A stretch of 64,000 nucleotides of DNA from Epithemia pelagica. Lineage: Eukaryota > Protista > Bacillariophyta. How positions within the stretch are numbered: position 1 is the first letter of the stretch; every line of letters starts with the position of its first letter. Positions 1 to 11,331 of the stretch are shown here, piece after piece. The translations under genes and the position numbers were made by a program. A model generated the notes under the pieces. The model worked only from the letters and a program-made list of their open reading frames with translations, searched no databases and was not told where the DNA came from. The stretch spans positions 2,604,001 to 2,668,000 of the forward strand of contig OX337237.1 in NCBI GenBank assembly GCA_946965045.2. The letters are read 5' to 3'.

Positions 1-134
1 ACGAAAAGCGGACCAATGGCTCTGTGGTACGCTAAAGAACTGTAAGCTTTGCATCTACCTAGTCTAGGTAGACATGTTAAAAGTATAAAACACTTGCTCC
101 TGTTGATTGTGTATATATGGTCCCCTCATTTCGA

Positions 135-2019
135 CTAGAGTTCTGCGGGGGAGGGTTCAAACATTTTGGCATTGTAGTCCTTCAAGACACGGACCAGGGC
201 TTCGTAATCGAGCGATTTTCCCCGAGGATGATATTCATTGACGTAGTACAAGGGCGATCCTCCATCTGCCTTGGCTCCCGTTCGGGCATTGGCATCGGCC
301 CCCCGATCCAACAAGAGTCGGACCACTTGGACATCGCCCAACCGTACCGCTTCATGGAGTGGCGTCCATCCATTGACATCTCGCACATTGACCAGACTAC
401 TGTCCTTTTCCAAAATGGCTTCCAATTGCTTCAGTTCTCCTTGACCCGCCAATCGGTGGGCTTCGGTAGACCCCGTTTCAAAGTGATTCCCCGACATGAG
501 TTTGTGTCCATAGGGATGATCGGCCCTCCAAATACTTTCGGCCGGGCTTCCCGGAAGGAGGTAGGGAGGCAAATCTCCATCGTACTTGATTTGACCATGC
601 ACTGGGCCAATGGGTTCAAAATGAATAAAGATATTGGCCATGAATCGTCCCTTCAAGGGAAATGGCCGACCGTGCAAGACGGAATGACTCTCGTACAAGA
701 CCATGTCACCTGGAAGCATCGTCACATTGTGGGCCTTACCATCGTGACCAATCACTTCCAACGGCCTGGACATGAAAGAAAAATGACGCATAGTTCATAA
801 AGGGGGTCAGAGGTGAGGGTCCTTGTCATGTTCCCATTTCTTGATATCTCATTGTATTTTCAACGCACCATGGTTCATCGACGTCTTGATCCACATTGAT
901 AATAGCCGATGACACTACAAAAGGATAAAAAGCGAGCAGCAGGACCAGAAATAGACAGAGACAAAAAAGGTTGAGAGTGATCGAAACATGCACAACAAGA
1001 ACAAGAACGACCAGACGACGTACCCAGTGGCAATCGGTCCACATGGGTGGCCAAGACGGATCCTTCGTGATAGATTCGTACTCCGTACAAACTGCATTCG
1101 ACGAGTTTTTGGCCCGTCCATTCTTGAATGGTATCCCGAGCGGCATTCCATACGTGTTGTTTCAACACATAACCACCTCCTTCCAATCGGCTATCTTCAA
1201 TCGATACCATGGTCGACGGAGCCTCCCAATGCTACGAAACAACATAAAACGATAAAAACAACCCAGGCAGGATCATTTCCATTCGTCAGAACCAAACATG
1301 GAAAGAACCAATGCACTCAACACTACGAGGCTACCTTTTTACACCACCTCCCATCCGACAGACGAGTCGGGGACGCGTCAACGTTCCACACTTACATTGG
1401 TATAAATATTGGCCTTGGCCCATTGTTCCGGTTGGCCCTTGTCTTTGTTGAGTTCCCAAAATTCTCGAATCAACTGAAAGACATGATCCGGTGCTCGAAT
1501 TTTGGTAAATCCCAGGGTGGTGTAATTCATCATGGATTGCGGTTGTCGCAAGGACATGTCGACTCGTTCTCGTTCATTGGCGGCACATCGACCTTCCGAG
1601 AACTTGTTGTAACACCCTTGCATGTACTGGTTGTGAAACTCTTGTCGATCCCCCAAGGGTTGTACCACCATGTCTTGATAGTCTTCCGGTACGGACGCGG
1701 AAGGATCGGAATGATGGGGCAACCAGGCAAAGTTGGTACTCACATTGCCATGATGCATGGGAAAGGACTGTATACGCAGCACACCATCATCATTACGTCC
1801 AGAAAGGAATACAAAGGTGTGGAGAAATCAGAGCGCGTTCAACACATGAATTAGAGTGGAATGCCACACAAAAAGATGAACAAACCACAGGAGAGTGTCG
1901 TCGTCATCGATACCCCACCACGCTGCACGTACCACATCGACACCATATTCCAATGGCTTGTCTTCTTGTGCCGCCACACCTGCTAGTAGTTGACCCAAGA
2001 GAAACAGTGTCACCCACAT
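135..2019 (-). CDS. Secreted 2OG-Fe(II) oxygenase-like protein with C-terminal ankyrin repeats (5 exons, 447 aa)
   Basis: Exons 2019-1933, 1767-1396, 1231-1024, 914-869 and 765-135 are joined by GT-AG introns and sum to 1344 nt in frame. Signal peptide MWVTLFLLGQLLAGVAA; HxD motif LATHVD; distal His in LHGRP; ankyrin motif NGWTPLHEAVRLG. Confidence 0.85.
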
Positions 2020-2427
2020 TGGATCGAAACGTATTATTTGCCTTGTCGTCCACATCATGGTGATCATTCAAATGACACCCGCCGAGAGGATTGTGCTGTC
2101 ACGCAATGGCCGGAAAGAAAACACAAGAGAGAGAGAAAGCCCACAATGCCACTTGAGACGAGCAGTCATTTCCAGTATCGGTCGCATTTGGATCCTCGTC
2201 CATTTTGAATTGCCCAACGGTCATACTTTTGTACTGCCCCTTCTTACCGGGGTTGAAGTTTGGGTTTCGTCACACAGGACTGCGGCTTCGGCGACGTTCG
2301 GTGCCAGCTTGTTTGGTCCATGACAAAGATTTTCTCCCGCAGATCTTTTGTGATTGTGTCAAGACACCACTCTTCTTCTTCTTGTCTTCTCGTTTCTTGT
2401 TTTTGGAACACTAAACCATCTTTGACC

Positions 2428-3282
2428 ATGGCGTTGGATCCTTCCCCTTCATCATCATCCTCGTCGCCAGTGACTAGCGCAGCAACCACGGCCAGCACGG
2501 AGGACAAGGTGGCGAGTCGCACCGACACAAAGGAACCCGTGAGTGCCGACGACCCCGAAACAGCAGCGACCAGTACTAGCACCACCGCGACAGATCACGA
2601 AGCCGAACAAAAGATGCGTGCCTTGGTCTTGCCCATTCGAATGCAAAGTACCGTGATTCGTGGATTTGGACGAGGATCGTCCGAATTGGGAATTCCCACG
2701 GCCAATTTGGATTGTCAGGCCTTGTTTAATGCCTCTTCTTCTTCGTCGTCTCTGTCCTCCCAAGTTTGGTCCGTCTCCCAACAATCGTCCTTGCCGTCCT
2801 TGGATGATTTGCCGACTGGAATTTATTGGGGCTATGCTCGTATCGGAAACGAGACCGAGCCAGCGGCTGTTTCGTCGTCGTCTACTAGCAGTCGAGTGTA
2901 TACGGCAGCCATTTCCATTGGGTACAATCCCACCTATGGGAATGCGCACAAAACGGTCGAACCGCACTTGATTGCTCCCCCCACGGATCCCTGTCGACAT
3001 TCGTCGCAATGTGGAGAAACGGTCTTGCCGGAATTTTATGGACAAGCCATTCGTTTGTCCGTCTGTGGTTATTTGCGGCCCGAATTGCCCTTTGAGGGTC
3101 TCGACAAACTCATTCAGGCCATTAAACACGATATTGTCCAAGCACAAACGCTTGGAGAGGAATGGAAACAACAACAACAACAAGAACAACCACCACACGA
3201 TGGTACCAACAAGGCCCACCGCATGGCCCATCGCGAACATGAATGGGTGGCCTCCTTGCAAGAAGCCATTACTGCCGCTTGA
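2428..3282 (+). CDS. RFK: Riboflavin kinase with Ser-rich insertions
   Basis: Motifs VIRGFGRGSSELGIPTANL, TGIYWGYA, SIGYNPTY, TVEPHL and YLRPELPFEGLDKLIQAIKHDI. Likely ATG at 2428. Confidence 0.9.
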   Translation: MALDPSPSSSSSSPVTSAATTASTEDKVASRTDTKEPVSADDPETAATSTSTTATDHEAEQKMRALVLPIRMQSTVIRGFGRGSSELGIPTANLDCQALFNASSSSSSLSSQVWSVSQQSSLPSLDDLPTGIYWGYARIGNETEPAAVSSSSTSSRVYTAAISIGYNPTYGNAHKTVEPHLIAPPTDPCRHSSQCGETVLPEFYGQAIRLSVCGYLRPELPFEGLDKLIQAIKHDIVQAQTLGEEWKQQQQQEQPPHDGTNKAHRMAHREHEWVASLQEAITAA

Positions 3283-3375
3283 GGGAGTTCTTGTATTTAG
3301 TAGGACCTCCCAAATCCCAAACCCAGAACAATGAAGAAGGTATCCGTAACTGCTTGACTTGCGTTTGTGCATTGT

Positions 3376-3613
3376 ATAGTATATACTTTGTCGTAACAAC
3401 AAACAAGAAAAGAAGAACCAGGGACGAAAAACGACCACATACTCGAATACAACGTGTAATCATACTAGAAAACGAGGATACACAAAGACACTACTATCAA
3501 ATGCTGGAACTATGCAGAGGATATATATGCAAAGGAAACCTCATGACTTGCTTGGAAATTGTAGTCGCACGCAAGGACTCTTTTGTGTCTGTTGCGATAC
3601 CATTTTGATATCC
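3376..3613. repeat. 238-bp direct repeat, copy 1 (copy 2 at 17492-17728)
   Basis: About 97% identical by eye (ATAGTATATACTTTGTCG ... TGATATCC). Confidence 0.9.
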
Positions 3614-4118
3614 GATTGCGAACCTCTCACTTCTTCAACGAGACTCCCTTCGAGCCTCACCGAAAACAACCGCTTGACAATGCAAAGTGGATAGCCAATT
3701 TAGTTTTTGCAGTATTATGACTATTGATTTAGTCTACTCTCCTAGTTTGTATTCCAGAAAGGCTTCATGGATGGGAGTGCCGTGAATGTTTTGGGGGCAA
3801 TCTTTGGCTTGCCTGTTTTTTTCATCCAGCATGCACACAAAGCCATTCCGTTTGTAAAATCGAACATTGGGACTATTGGGACCATGTTCGGGTGAGATGA
3901 CAAAGGAGGGAAACAAAGGATTCACAATACTCAATGTAGAAAGGAGAGTCTCTGTCAAGTCTAACGTCATCCTTCTCGGTGGACAAGTCGAAGATCTTGC
4001 CAGCGTCTCCGAGGATCTGTGAATCATTACTTCATCGATACAAGCTTTTTCTCGTTGTGCAACCATTTTTCGGCGTGGCAAGGGCAAACAAACAAAACCA
4101 TAGTGGCCAATGAACGGA

Positions 4119-4994
4119 TCAAGTCATTATTTCGTCCACGTCCTCCGGCTCGGTATCCCAGGATAGCCGCACGTCTTCTTCGTCTTGATCGTCCCCATGG
4201 TGGTCATCATCTTCGAGGTCATGAAATTCGGGATACTCGTCAATAAGAGGTCGGGCTGCATCGTGACATGAAATAAGCAGGTCGGGGAGTCTTGCCGCAT
4301 GATCCACCCACAAAACAGCATCCATGAATATGATTATGTCCTGAACTTGAGCCGAGAAGACGTGGTCACAATAGGACTGACCAAGAAGTACATGCCGTCT
4401 TTCCGGAACAGCAGCATCTCCACTATTGTCCCTCGTAAACGCTCGCAATGAATCTATATCTGACTGTTGTAACAGGTCAGCAAAATTGTCGCAAACAAAA
4501 GCAGCCGAGTTCGAGCCAAGATGAAATCGCATGTAGCTGAGATTGACCGGCTGACTTTTACCATTCAATACGATAGCAAAGTTAGCACGGAGTCTACCCT
4601 CGATTTTGAGGACAGGGCAATGTTTTGCGCCCGTACCCACTGATGAAGAAACACTCCAGCGAAAACGCGCCGGTGGAAAGGACCGCCTCATTTCTGGCGC
4701 GTCGACATGCAACGGGAAAGGAAACAGGCAGCTGCTACATCCACTATCCACCATAACATGCTCATACTCAATGCCGCCAAAGGAATTAAGCTTGCTCGGA
4801 ATAAAGAAACGTCGTCTCCTATTCTTGGCCGCAAAGGCTAACACGGTGTCTTCTGCAGGGATGGAATCCGAACTTGTTCGGCGCAGCCGCTTCTCGCTTC
4901 CATCTCTACTTCCTCCTCTATTCATACTCCCTCCAGTTTCAGCCATGCCTCTTTTCATGGTTCTTTCAAATGCGGTGACAAACAGGAGCCGCAA
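4119..4994 (-). CDS. Hypothetical protein with retropepsin-like aspartic protease motif and acidic tail
   Basis: Intronless 291-aa ORF with HVMVDSGCSS (hydrophobic-D-S-G) and C-terminal DLEDDDHHGDDQDEED. Confidence 0.55.
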   Translation of the reverse strand: MRLLFVTAFERTMKRGMAETGGSMNRGGSRDGSEKRLRRTSSDSIPAEDTVLAFAAKNRRRRFFIPSKLNSFGGIEYEHVMVDSGCSSCLFPFPLHVDAPEMRRSFPPARFRWSVSSSVGTGAKHCPVLKIEGRLRANFAIVLNGKSQPVNLSYMRFHLGSNSAAFVCDNFADLLQQSDIDSLRAFTRDNSGDAAVPERRHVLLGQSYCDHVFSAQVQDIIIFMDAVLWVDHAARLPDLLISCHDAARPLIDEYPEFHDLEDDDHHGDDQDEEDVRLSWDTEPEDVDEIMT

Positions 4995-5409
4995 CTATTC
5001 ACAATTCACCATGTCAGAGTGGCCGTACACGTAGCCGTTGTTGCTGCCTGCATAAGGTTATCTACGTTGCTTCCCCGTATGTCCGTATGTCGACCGTTTA
5101 CGTTTCGAACATCCAGAACCAGCTTTTTTAATTAGACGCCAAGGGCGTGGTCAGAGTCATGTTTTACCCCCAAGCGGATAGGTGAGTCGAGAGGTTTCGT
5201 GAATGAGCGCAGATTCATGTTCGTTCGTACACAAAAATAGGCAGTCACGAAATCTCATGACTCAGCCTTCCGCTAGAGAGTAAATCACGTTGTATGATAC
5301 CACAGGTAGTGCAAATTGAACGGGTAGCTATCTAGTCTAATCATACAAGCCACTTCATGTTGAAAGCTTGCTTGATATATGCGTCATGCGTCTTTTCAAA
5401 AGGCAGGAC

Positions 5410-6434
5410 ACAAGTCGTTGGTGGTGGCACCAGGAAGGTTGGAGATCCCACAGGGAAGGATGAATCTCGTGTCATGTTGACCGAAGAGGTCATTCAAAAG
5501 ATATTTGCAATTTGGAGACCAGTATCCTGCCGATGCCGTTCTTGTCAACAAGGATGAATGGCTATTGGAGCTCAAATACTTGGACTTTCTTTGAGTGTAT
5601 GGTACACACTTCTTTTCAATCAATCGAATGCTCTCGTACGAATTCGTCAAACAACGTCTGGCTCGAGAACCTCCCTTTTCCTTTCTCGAATTTAACTACA
5701 TGATTCTTCAAGCCTACGACTTTCTGGAACTCTACCGAAAACACAATACGATTCTGCAACTGGGTGGCTCGGACCAATGGGGAAACATTTCTTTCGGGGA
5801 CGGAACTCGGTCGTCGCATTGAAGGCACCCAACTCTTTGCCTAGACGGCACCCTTGATTACCACATCCAATGGCAAGAAAATGGGGACAACCGCCAATGG
5901 TGCCGTCTGGTTGAATGCCGATCGCTTGTCCGAGTATGACTACTGGCAATTCTGGCGCAACACGGCCGACGCCGAGGTGATCCGGTTCCTCAAATTCTTT
6001 ACGGAACTGGATATAGATCGGATCCAAGAATTGGAGAATTTGAAGGGAGCCGATATCAACCAAGCAAAGTCATTTTGGCCGACGAGGCCACATCCTTGTT
6101 GCACGGGAGTGAGTGTTTGGACGCCATTCATCAAACAGCCTCCAACATGTTTTCGAGTGCGGGTGGTTCTAGTACCGAAAGCCTTCCACGAGTAGTGGCA
6201 CCCAAAAGTGACTTGGAAGGCGATGGAGTTGGAGTATTAGCCTTGTTTGTGGAGCTTCTGGCGGACACCAAAAATGCCGCCTGTCATCTCATTCGAGGTG
6301 GTGGAGCCAAGTTGAACGATCAAAAGATTGACGACGAGAACATGTTTTTGAAACTGAGTGATTTTGGTGTCTCGGACGAACTTGTTCTGAGGGCAGGCAA
6401 AAAGAGAGCTGGTGTAGTCTCGATTGAGAAATAG
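5410..6434 (+). pseudogene. tyrS: 5'-truncated bacterial-type (organellar) tyrosyl-tRNA synthetase pseudogene
   Basis: Motifs [42 protein letters not shown] (KMSKS-like) and an S4-like C-terminus. In-frame TGA near 5590, TAG near 5841, several frameshifts, and no HIGH-motif region. Confidence 0.9.
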
Positions 6435-6951
6435 CAATGAGCTTTCTAATTTCAACGGTTAACATGACTTTCAAACCCTTTCTACGAAAAGTTCGACTTT
6501 GGCGTGCAAGACCGTTTACACATCGGTTGAACCGAGCACTGAGAGGGATTGCATCATCCATAGGTCCATCGACAGCGTTTTCATTGAGTTGCTTGTACAG
6601 CAATGTATTGTCGAGGAACCTTCAGTTTGACGACCAAAAGATCATGTTTGAATCTTAGTGATATGAGAGCCTCTCTCTGCCAACACGTCTCCTCGCTAAT
6701 GAAACATCGGAATAACAGATGGCAGACAATCACCCAATGTTTCTTTTGCAGCATCCCCACTTATCCCCAAGTCGTAGTCGTGGCTAAAACAAATGGTCAC
6801 ACTCTTTGCAAATTGGAGTCGCTCCTCTCTGAGAATATGTTCGCTAGAGGGTCTCGTTTTGTCAAGGCCTCGACAATATACTAGGTAGTGCATCATCAGG
6901 ATGTTGATTCTTCGCTCGTCCTAAATTGAGGGAAACGGCTGGGTAATAGTT

Positions 6952-8770
6952 ATGACAGAAACCATTCCCTTTGGGGAGCTGGGCAACGCAGAGTGGACGA
7001 ACCAGAACATCATGGCCAACAACAATTATTACCGAGGAGGAGGAGATGAACCAGATCCATCCATGGCGACCGATCCATACTTTACCGACCATCATCATCG
7101 GGCCAATTATGCTCATCCTCCCAGGAGCAATCCAGATGACGTCCACGACAATGGCATGCAACGACTGGATGATTCGGCCGCCTTGTATGCAGCATCACAT
7201 CCAGAAGAACCACATTCAGATGTGGGTGGTTATCCACCGCAAGAGGGACCCACCACAACGCACGATGCCTACCAATACTCGACGGCTCCCGTCAGCAATC
7301 CGAATCTCAACAACGAGTCGGTTGTACCAATACACGACGGCTCCTGTCAGCAATCCGAATCTCAACAACGAGTCGGTTGTGGGTGGTGGAGATAGTTCGA
7401 CGGTCCCCGATATCATGGTATTAAATGTCTTGTGTGCTCAAGTCACGGCTCCCAAAGATGTCAACCACGAAGAATCGGTTGCCGAAGCTGAAGAATCCTG
7501 GCAAGCGGTCCGTGAATGGTTGTCTTCCAACAATGCTGAAACGGTCCGAGCGGCTGCCGAACAACGGGGAGAATCGGGCTTGACCGCCTTGCATTTTGCC
7601 TGTCGCAATGTCCCACCCCTCGATGTGATTAATTTCTTTTTATCCATTCCGGCCGATACTGTCCAATGGCCCGATTCCTTTGGATGGTTGCCCGTTCAAT
7701 ATGCCTGTGCTTCAGGATACGATACGGCCGTCATTCAAGCCTTGACGGAAAGTTTTCCCGAATCCAAAACCACCACCGATCGACGACAACGCAACACCTT
7801 GCATTTTGCCGTTGGAGAAAAACGAGCTTCGCCCGATGTCTTTTTCTGCTCAGTTCCACGGGAGCCGCCTCGTATCACTATGAAATTGGTATGTTGGTAC
7901 GTCCCCCTTGAGAAAAATGTGCGCACCGTGGTGATGGGATGAACTTGTTGCTTGTCTGCATCGGTATTGCAAGTCGTCGTTTCTATCCGGTGGTTCGACT
8001 CACTACCTAGACTGTTTTGCTTTCGTGCTTTCTTGGGATCCATATTTACAACATTATATAGCCTTTGCATTATGCCTGTGCCTTTGGTGCCTTCGAAGAA
8101 GTCTTGTATGTACTCACGGAAGCCTATCTGGATGCCATTACGGCGCGCGATTCTCGTCAACGCACACCCCTTCATTTTGCCTTGTCGAATGCCGGTCGCA
8201 AGACTGTTCCTGCGGCGGTCCGGTTGTTGTTGAGTTGGAACTAGACCATTGCCAATTCCATTGACGGAGGACCCTTGCCCTTGCGTGTCTTGGCCGAATA
8301 CGCCCAAACCATTCGCAAGGACGATGTCAATCGACGTGACTCTGTCCATCGATGTTTGGATCATTTGCTACAGGCCAAACCCAAGCCGACGACCGACTTT
8401 TGTAACGCCCTCCAGAGTTTGCCCGATTGGTTGTCCGAATCGGCCGTGGTCATGCCTATCGTACAAAACTTGTTGAATGAAAAAATCTAGCACCGATTCC
8501 GCACGGCCGTCCTCTTGCTGGACTTTGAAATTTGTACGTGTGTCGAGAGAAAGGACTGTGCCTTGACTTTGAGTGGTTAGTGGTCCTCTGACAATCCAGT
8601 TTCTCTCTTTTATGTGTTTGTTTGTCTTGCGTTTGACATGTACATAACAGTGGCGTTGATCATTGTGTTCTATTCCTTGGCGGTGGTGAATTCCCTTGAT
8701 CGTCGTTTCAATGGCGATGACGATGTGTCGGTTCCGGTCTCGTTGATTGCACCAATGATCATATGACTAT
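6952..8770 (+). pseudogene. Ankyrin-repeat (probably ankyrin + membrane channel) pseudogene, 3'-truncated
   Basis: Ankyrin motifs GLTALHFAC, GWLPVQYAC and RTPLHFALSN are spread over several frames. TAG at 8488-8490 is followed by continued homology (HRFRTAVLLLDF), an intron remnant and a TM-like segment VALIIVFYSLAV. Confidence 0.75.
7270..7379 (+). repeat. 55-bp tandem duplication causing a frameshift in the ankyrin pseudogene
   Basis: TACCAATAC(T/A)CGACGGCTCC(C/T)GTCAGCAATCCGAATCTCAACAACGAGTCGGTTG, two copies. Confidence 0.9.
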
Positions 8771-10451
8771 GACAGGACCCACAATGATCAATGATTGATC
8801 GAATGGGACAGATTAGACCTACTCACGTAGAAGTAGTAGATGGTTCTCCTGTGCTACTACGTCCAATGTTCACTCCTCCGCGTGCTCCCATTGCTGCCCA
8901 ACTTGAATTTTGAATGACGTCGACACAACACTGCCCAACGCTTGCTTAACGGCATTCAACGCTCAGGTTATGAAATTCTGTGATCACTCCTTGGGTCTTT
9001 GTACATTACCTAAAAGTTGACTGTAGGGATCAATTTCGTGAGTGGAGGGCCGCGCACCCCGTTATCCCTCCGACTAGATGTCCGCTTCTTAGCTCGTCTG
9101 TTCGGGCAAGACAAACCCAATCTCACAGACAAAAAAATGAATGGAAATTTCACATCCATCGGTGGAGAGGCTGGCGTGATGTGACAGTTGGAAGATGGCA
9201 GGCGTTCTGCTCAACAAGACTCAAAATAGTGTTCTCAGTGAGTTCACGGGTCACAAAATCGATGCAGGCAACAAAACGAGGCAATGACCAAACCAACACC
9301 AAAAACGGCATGCTTCGTCCCTGGCCATCTCATCTCATCTTTGTCACTGCACATCCATCATGGTAAGTTCTGGAATGGCTAATACTTGCATTGGAATGGA
9401 CAATGTTTAGTTGTAGGCTCTCACTACGTTGCCAGTTGCCATAGTGTGTCATTTGTTTGTGCCATGTAACATCCATTTTGGTCGATGCCATGTGGGGCTG
9501 CTGGCATCATTTGTAGGATTCTTATAGGACAAAATAGAGCTATAGACCTCAATTAGGAGTAGGTAGGATAAGTGGAGGAAGCCATCCATTTTTCCTTTGC
9601 TGTCGCTCAGTTTGGGTCTTTAGTGGATTGTGATGTCGACCTGCTCCTGTTGTTCTTTTTTTGTTGCCATGAGCATGACTTGTCTTTCCCAGCAGTGCAG
9701 GGGACTCTACACTCTATATGCTCCGTAACGCAACTAGAAAGAGACGTATTCTAAAATAGGACTGTATGTGGTTGCAAAGAGACAAGCCTACGGCAACGGC
9801 ACGGTGTTGTGGAGGAGGGTCCACTTTTAAACGGACACAAACACTAGAAACAACCACACTTCTCCTAGAAAAAACAAAGAAAGGATGGGGTAGAGCAAAA
9901 CACTATCTATGGTCTATATGTCAAATGTCCATGGTGTGCAGATGATGGAGAATGCATTGTGATGGTGCATGTCCATTATCAATGTCAAAAGGTGCGTAGT
10001 GAAAATAATGTGGGTCGCAACTTGGGACGACAATCAAGAATGGGGAAGACCAACGGTCAAAGTGCGCACGCCTGCTCACAAAATTTCAAAACGGTGATCC
10101 AGAAGGCCGGCGTGATCATTTTCATTTTGACCCGAAATTTTCTTCAAAAACGCAAAAAAACCAAAATTAAAATGGTTGGTCGCGGAGAGCGGCTGGGGGG
10201 CTAAGAAGCGGACACCTAGTCGGAGGGGTTTTTTTCTGGATAAAATCTTAGTATCCGAATGAAAATTAATCTTTCAATGACTCAAGTTGCCCGTATGTTA
10301 ACCGTGAAAGTACTCTTTCATGTATTCGTCGGGTATTGTGACTTTCGTGGGTCATTGCAAAAAAGCTCACCCCCCATACCCCCTTTAACCTAGACAGTAT
10401 ATCCGACACGTTCAGATCCTAATGAACTCAGTCGAACATAGACCGATCATG

Positions 10452-10625
10452 TGAATAAATCCCGCCAACAGGTCGCATATTGGCGGATACATGGTCGCAT
10501 ATTGGCGAATATGCATCGCCTACATATGCTGCTACGCCTCTAGTTTTCTAGTCATAATTTTGGTCTAGCCACTTGTTGCACGCCGTATACACCGTGTTGT
10601 AGCGTGTAGTGGTAGAATTTATACA
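10452..10625 (+). repeat. 5' LTR
   Basis: TGAATAAAT...ATTTATACA with an internal repeat GGTCGCATATTGGCG x2. Confidence 0.95.
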
Positions 10626-11331
10626 GTTTATCAGACCCACATGCTGCAGCCGCAGTAGTTTAGTTGGTTTATGCACGCTGTTGGCATGGAAGGTCTGGGG
10701 TTCGAATCCCCATGATTTATCGGACGACCGGCCGTTGGACCCTGTATCGGGACCCACCTCTCCGATGGTAGATCAAAATGACCAGATAGTGCATCGGTGT
10801 CCGACTGTCCCCTATCTATATACCAATTCTAACCAGAACTATGCTGCTTCGGATATTGTAAATGCTAAGGTGCTCTGTGTGCATCATGTGAGAACTCTGT
10901 CGAGTTTTGCTCTTTGCCTTTTGCCCGTACTGGCAGCGGCTGATCACCGCTTGGGAGTGTTCGCGCTAAGCTACTCGTCACGGTATGCTTGCGGCACTAC
11001 TTATAGTTCACACTCGTGATGTGTGACCCATGGCACTCTCCCACGTGACGGGGAGCACTCGCTTAAGTGAGCGATTGTTTTGGTAATCTTTTCTCCATAC
11101 ATGAAAAAATAGATACCTCCTTTTGCACTGTGCCGACGCACACGTCCTAAGTATTTGTTCTCTGCCGACTGCAGCGCAAACGCAAGTCGACACTACTTGT
11201 GCACCTTAATTCCAGGTAGAATCGCGAAATCTGCAATCTGCATCACCTTTTGGCAATGCCTCCACACTTCTGTGTTTTTTGCCTGTGTTTTGCTCTGAAC
11301 CTCTCCTGCTTCTGGCTCTCTTGCTTTCCTT

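Noticed and set aside
10180-10215. Helitron 3' end (GC-rich stretch then CTAG|T)
   Set aside because: No convincing hairpin and no matching 5' end; CTAG is frequent in this window.
8800-10440. Short ORFs upstream of the Copia
   Set aside because: No motifs, coding bias or repeat structure that I could support.
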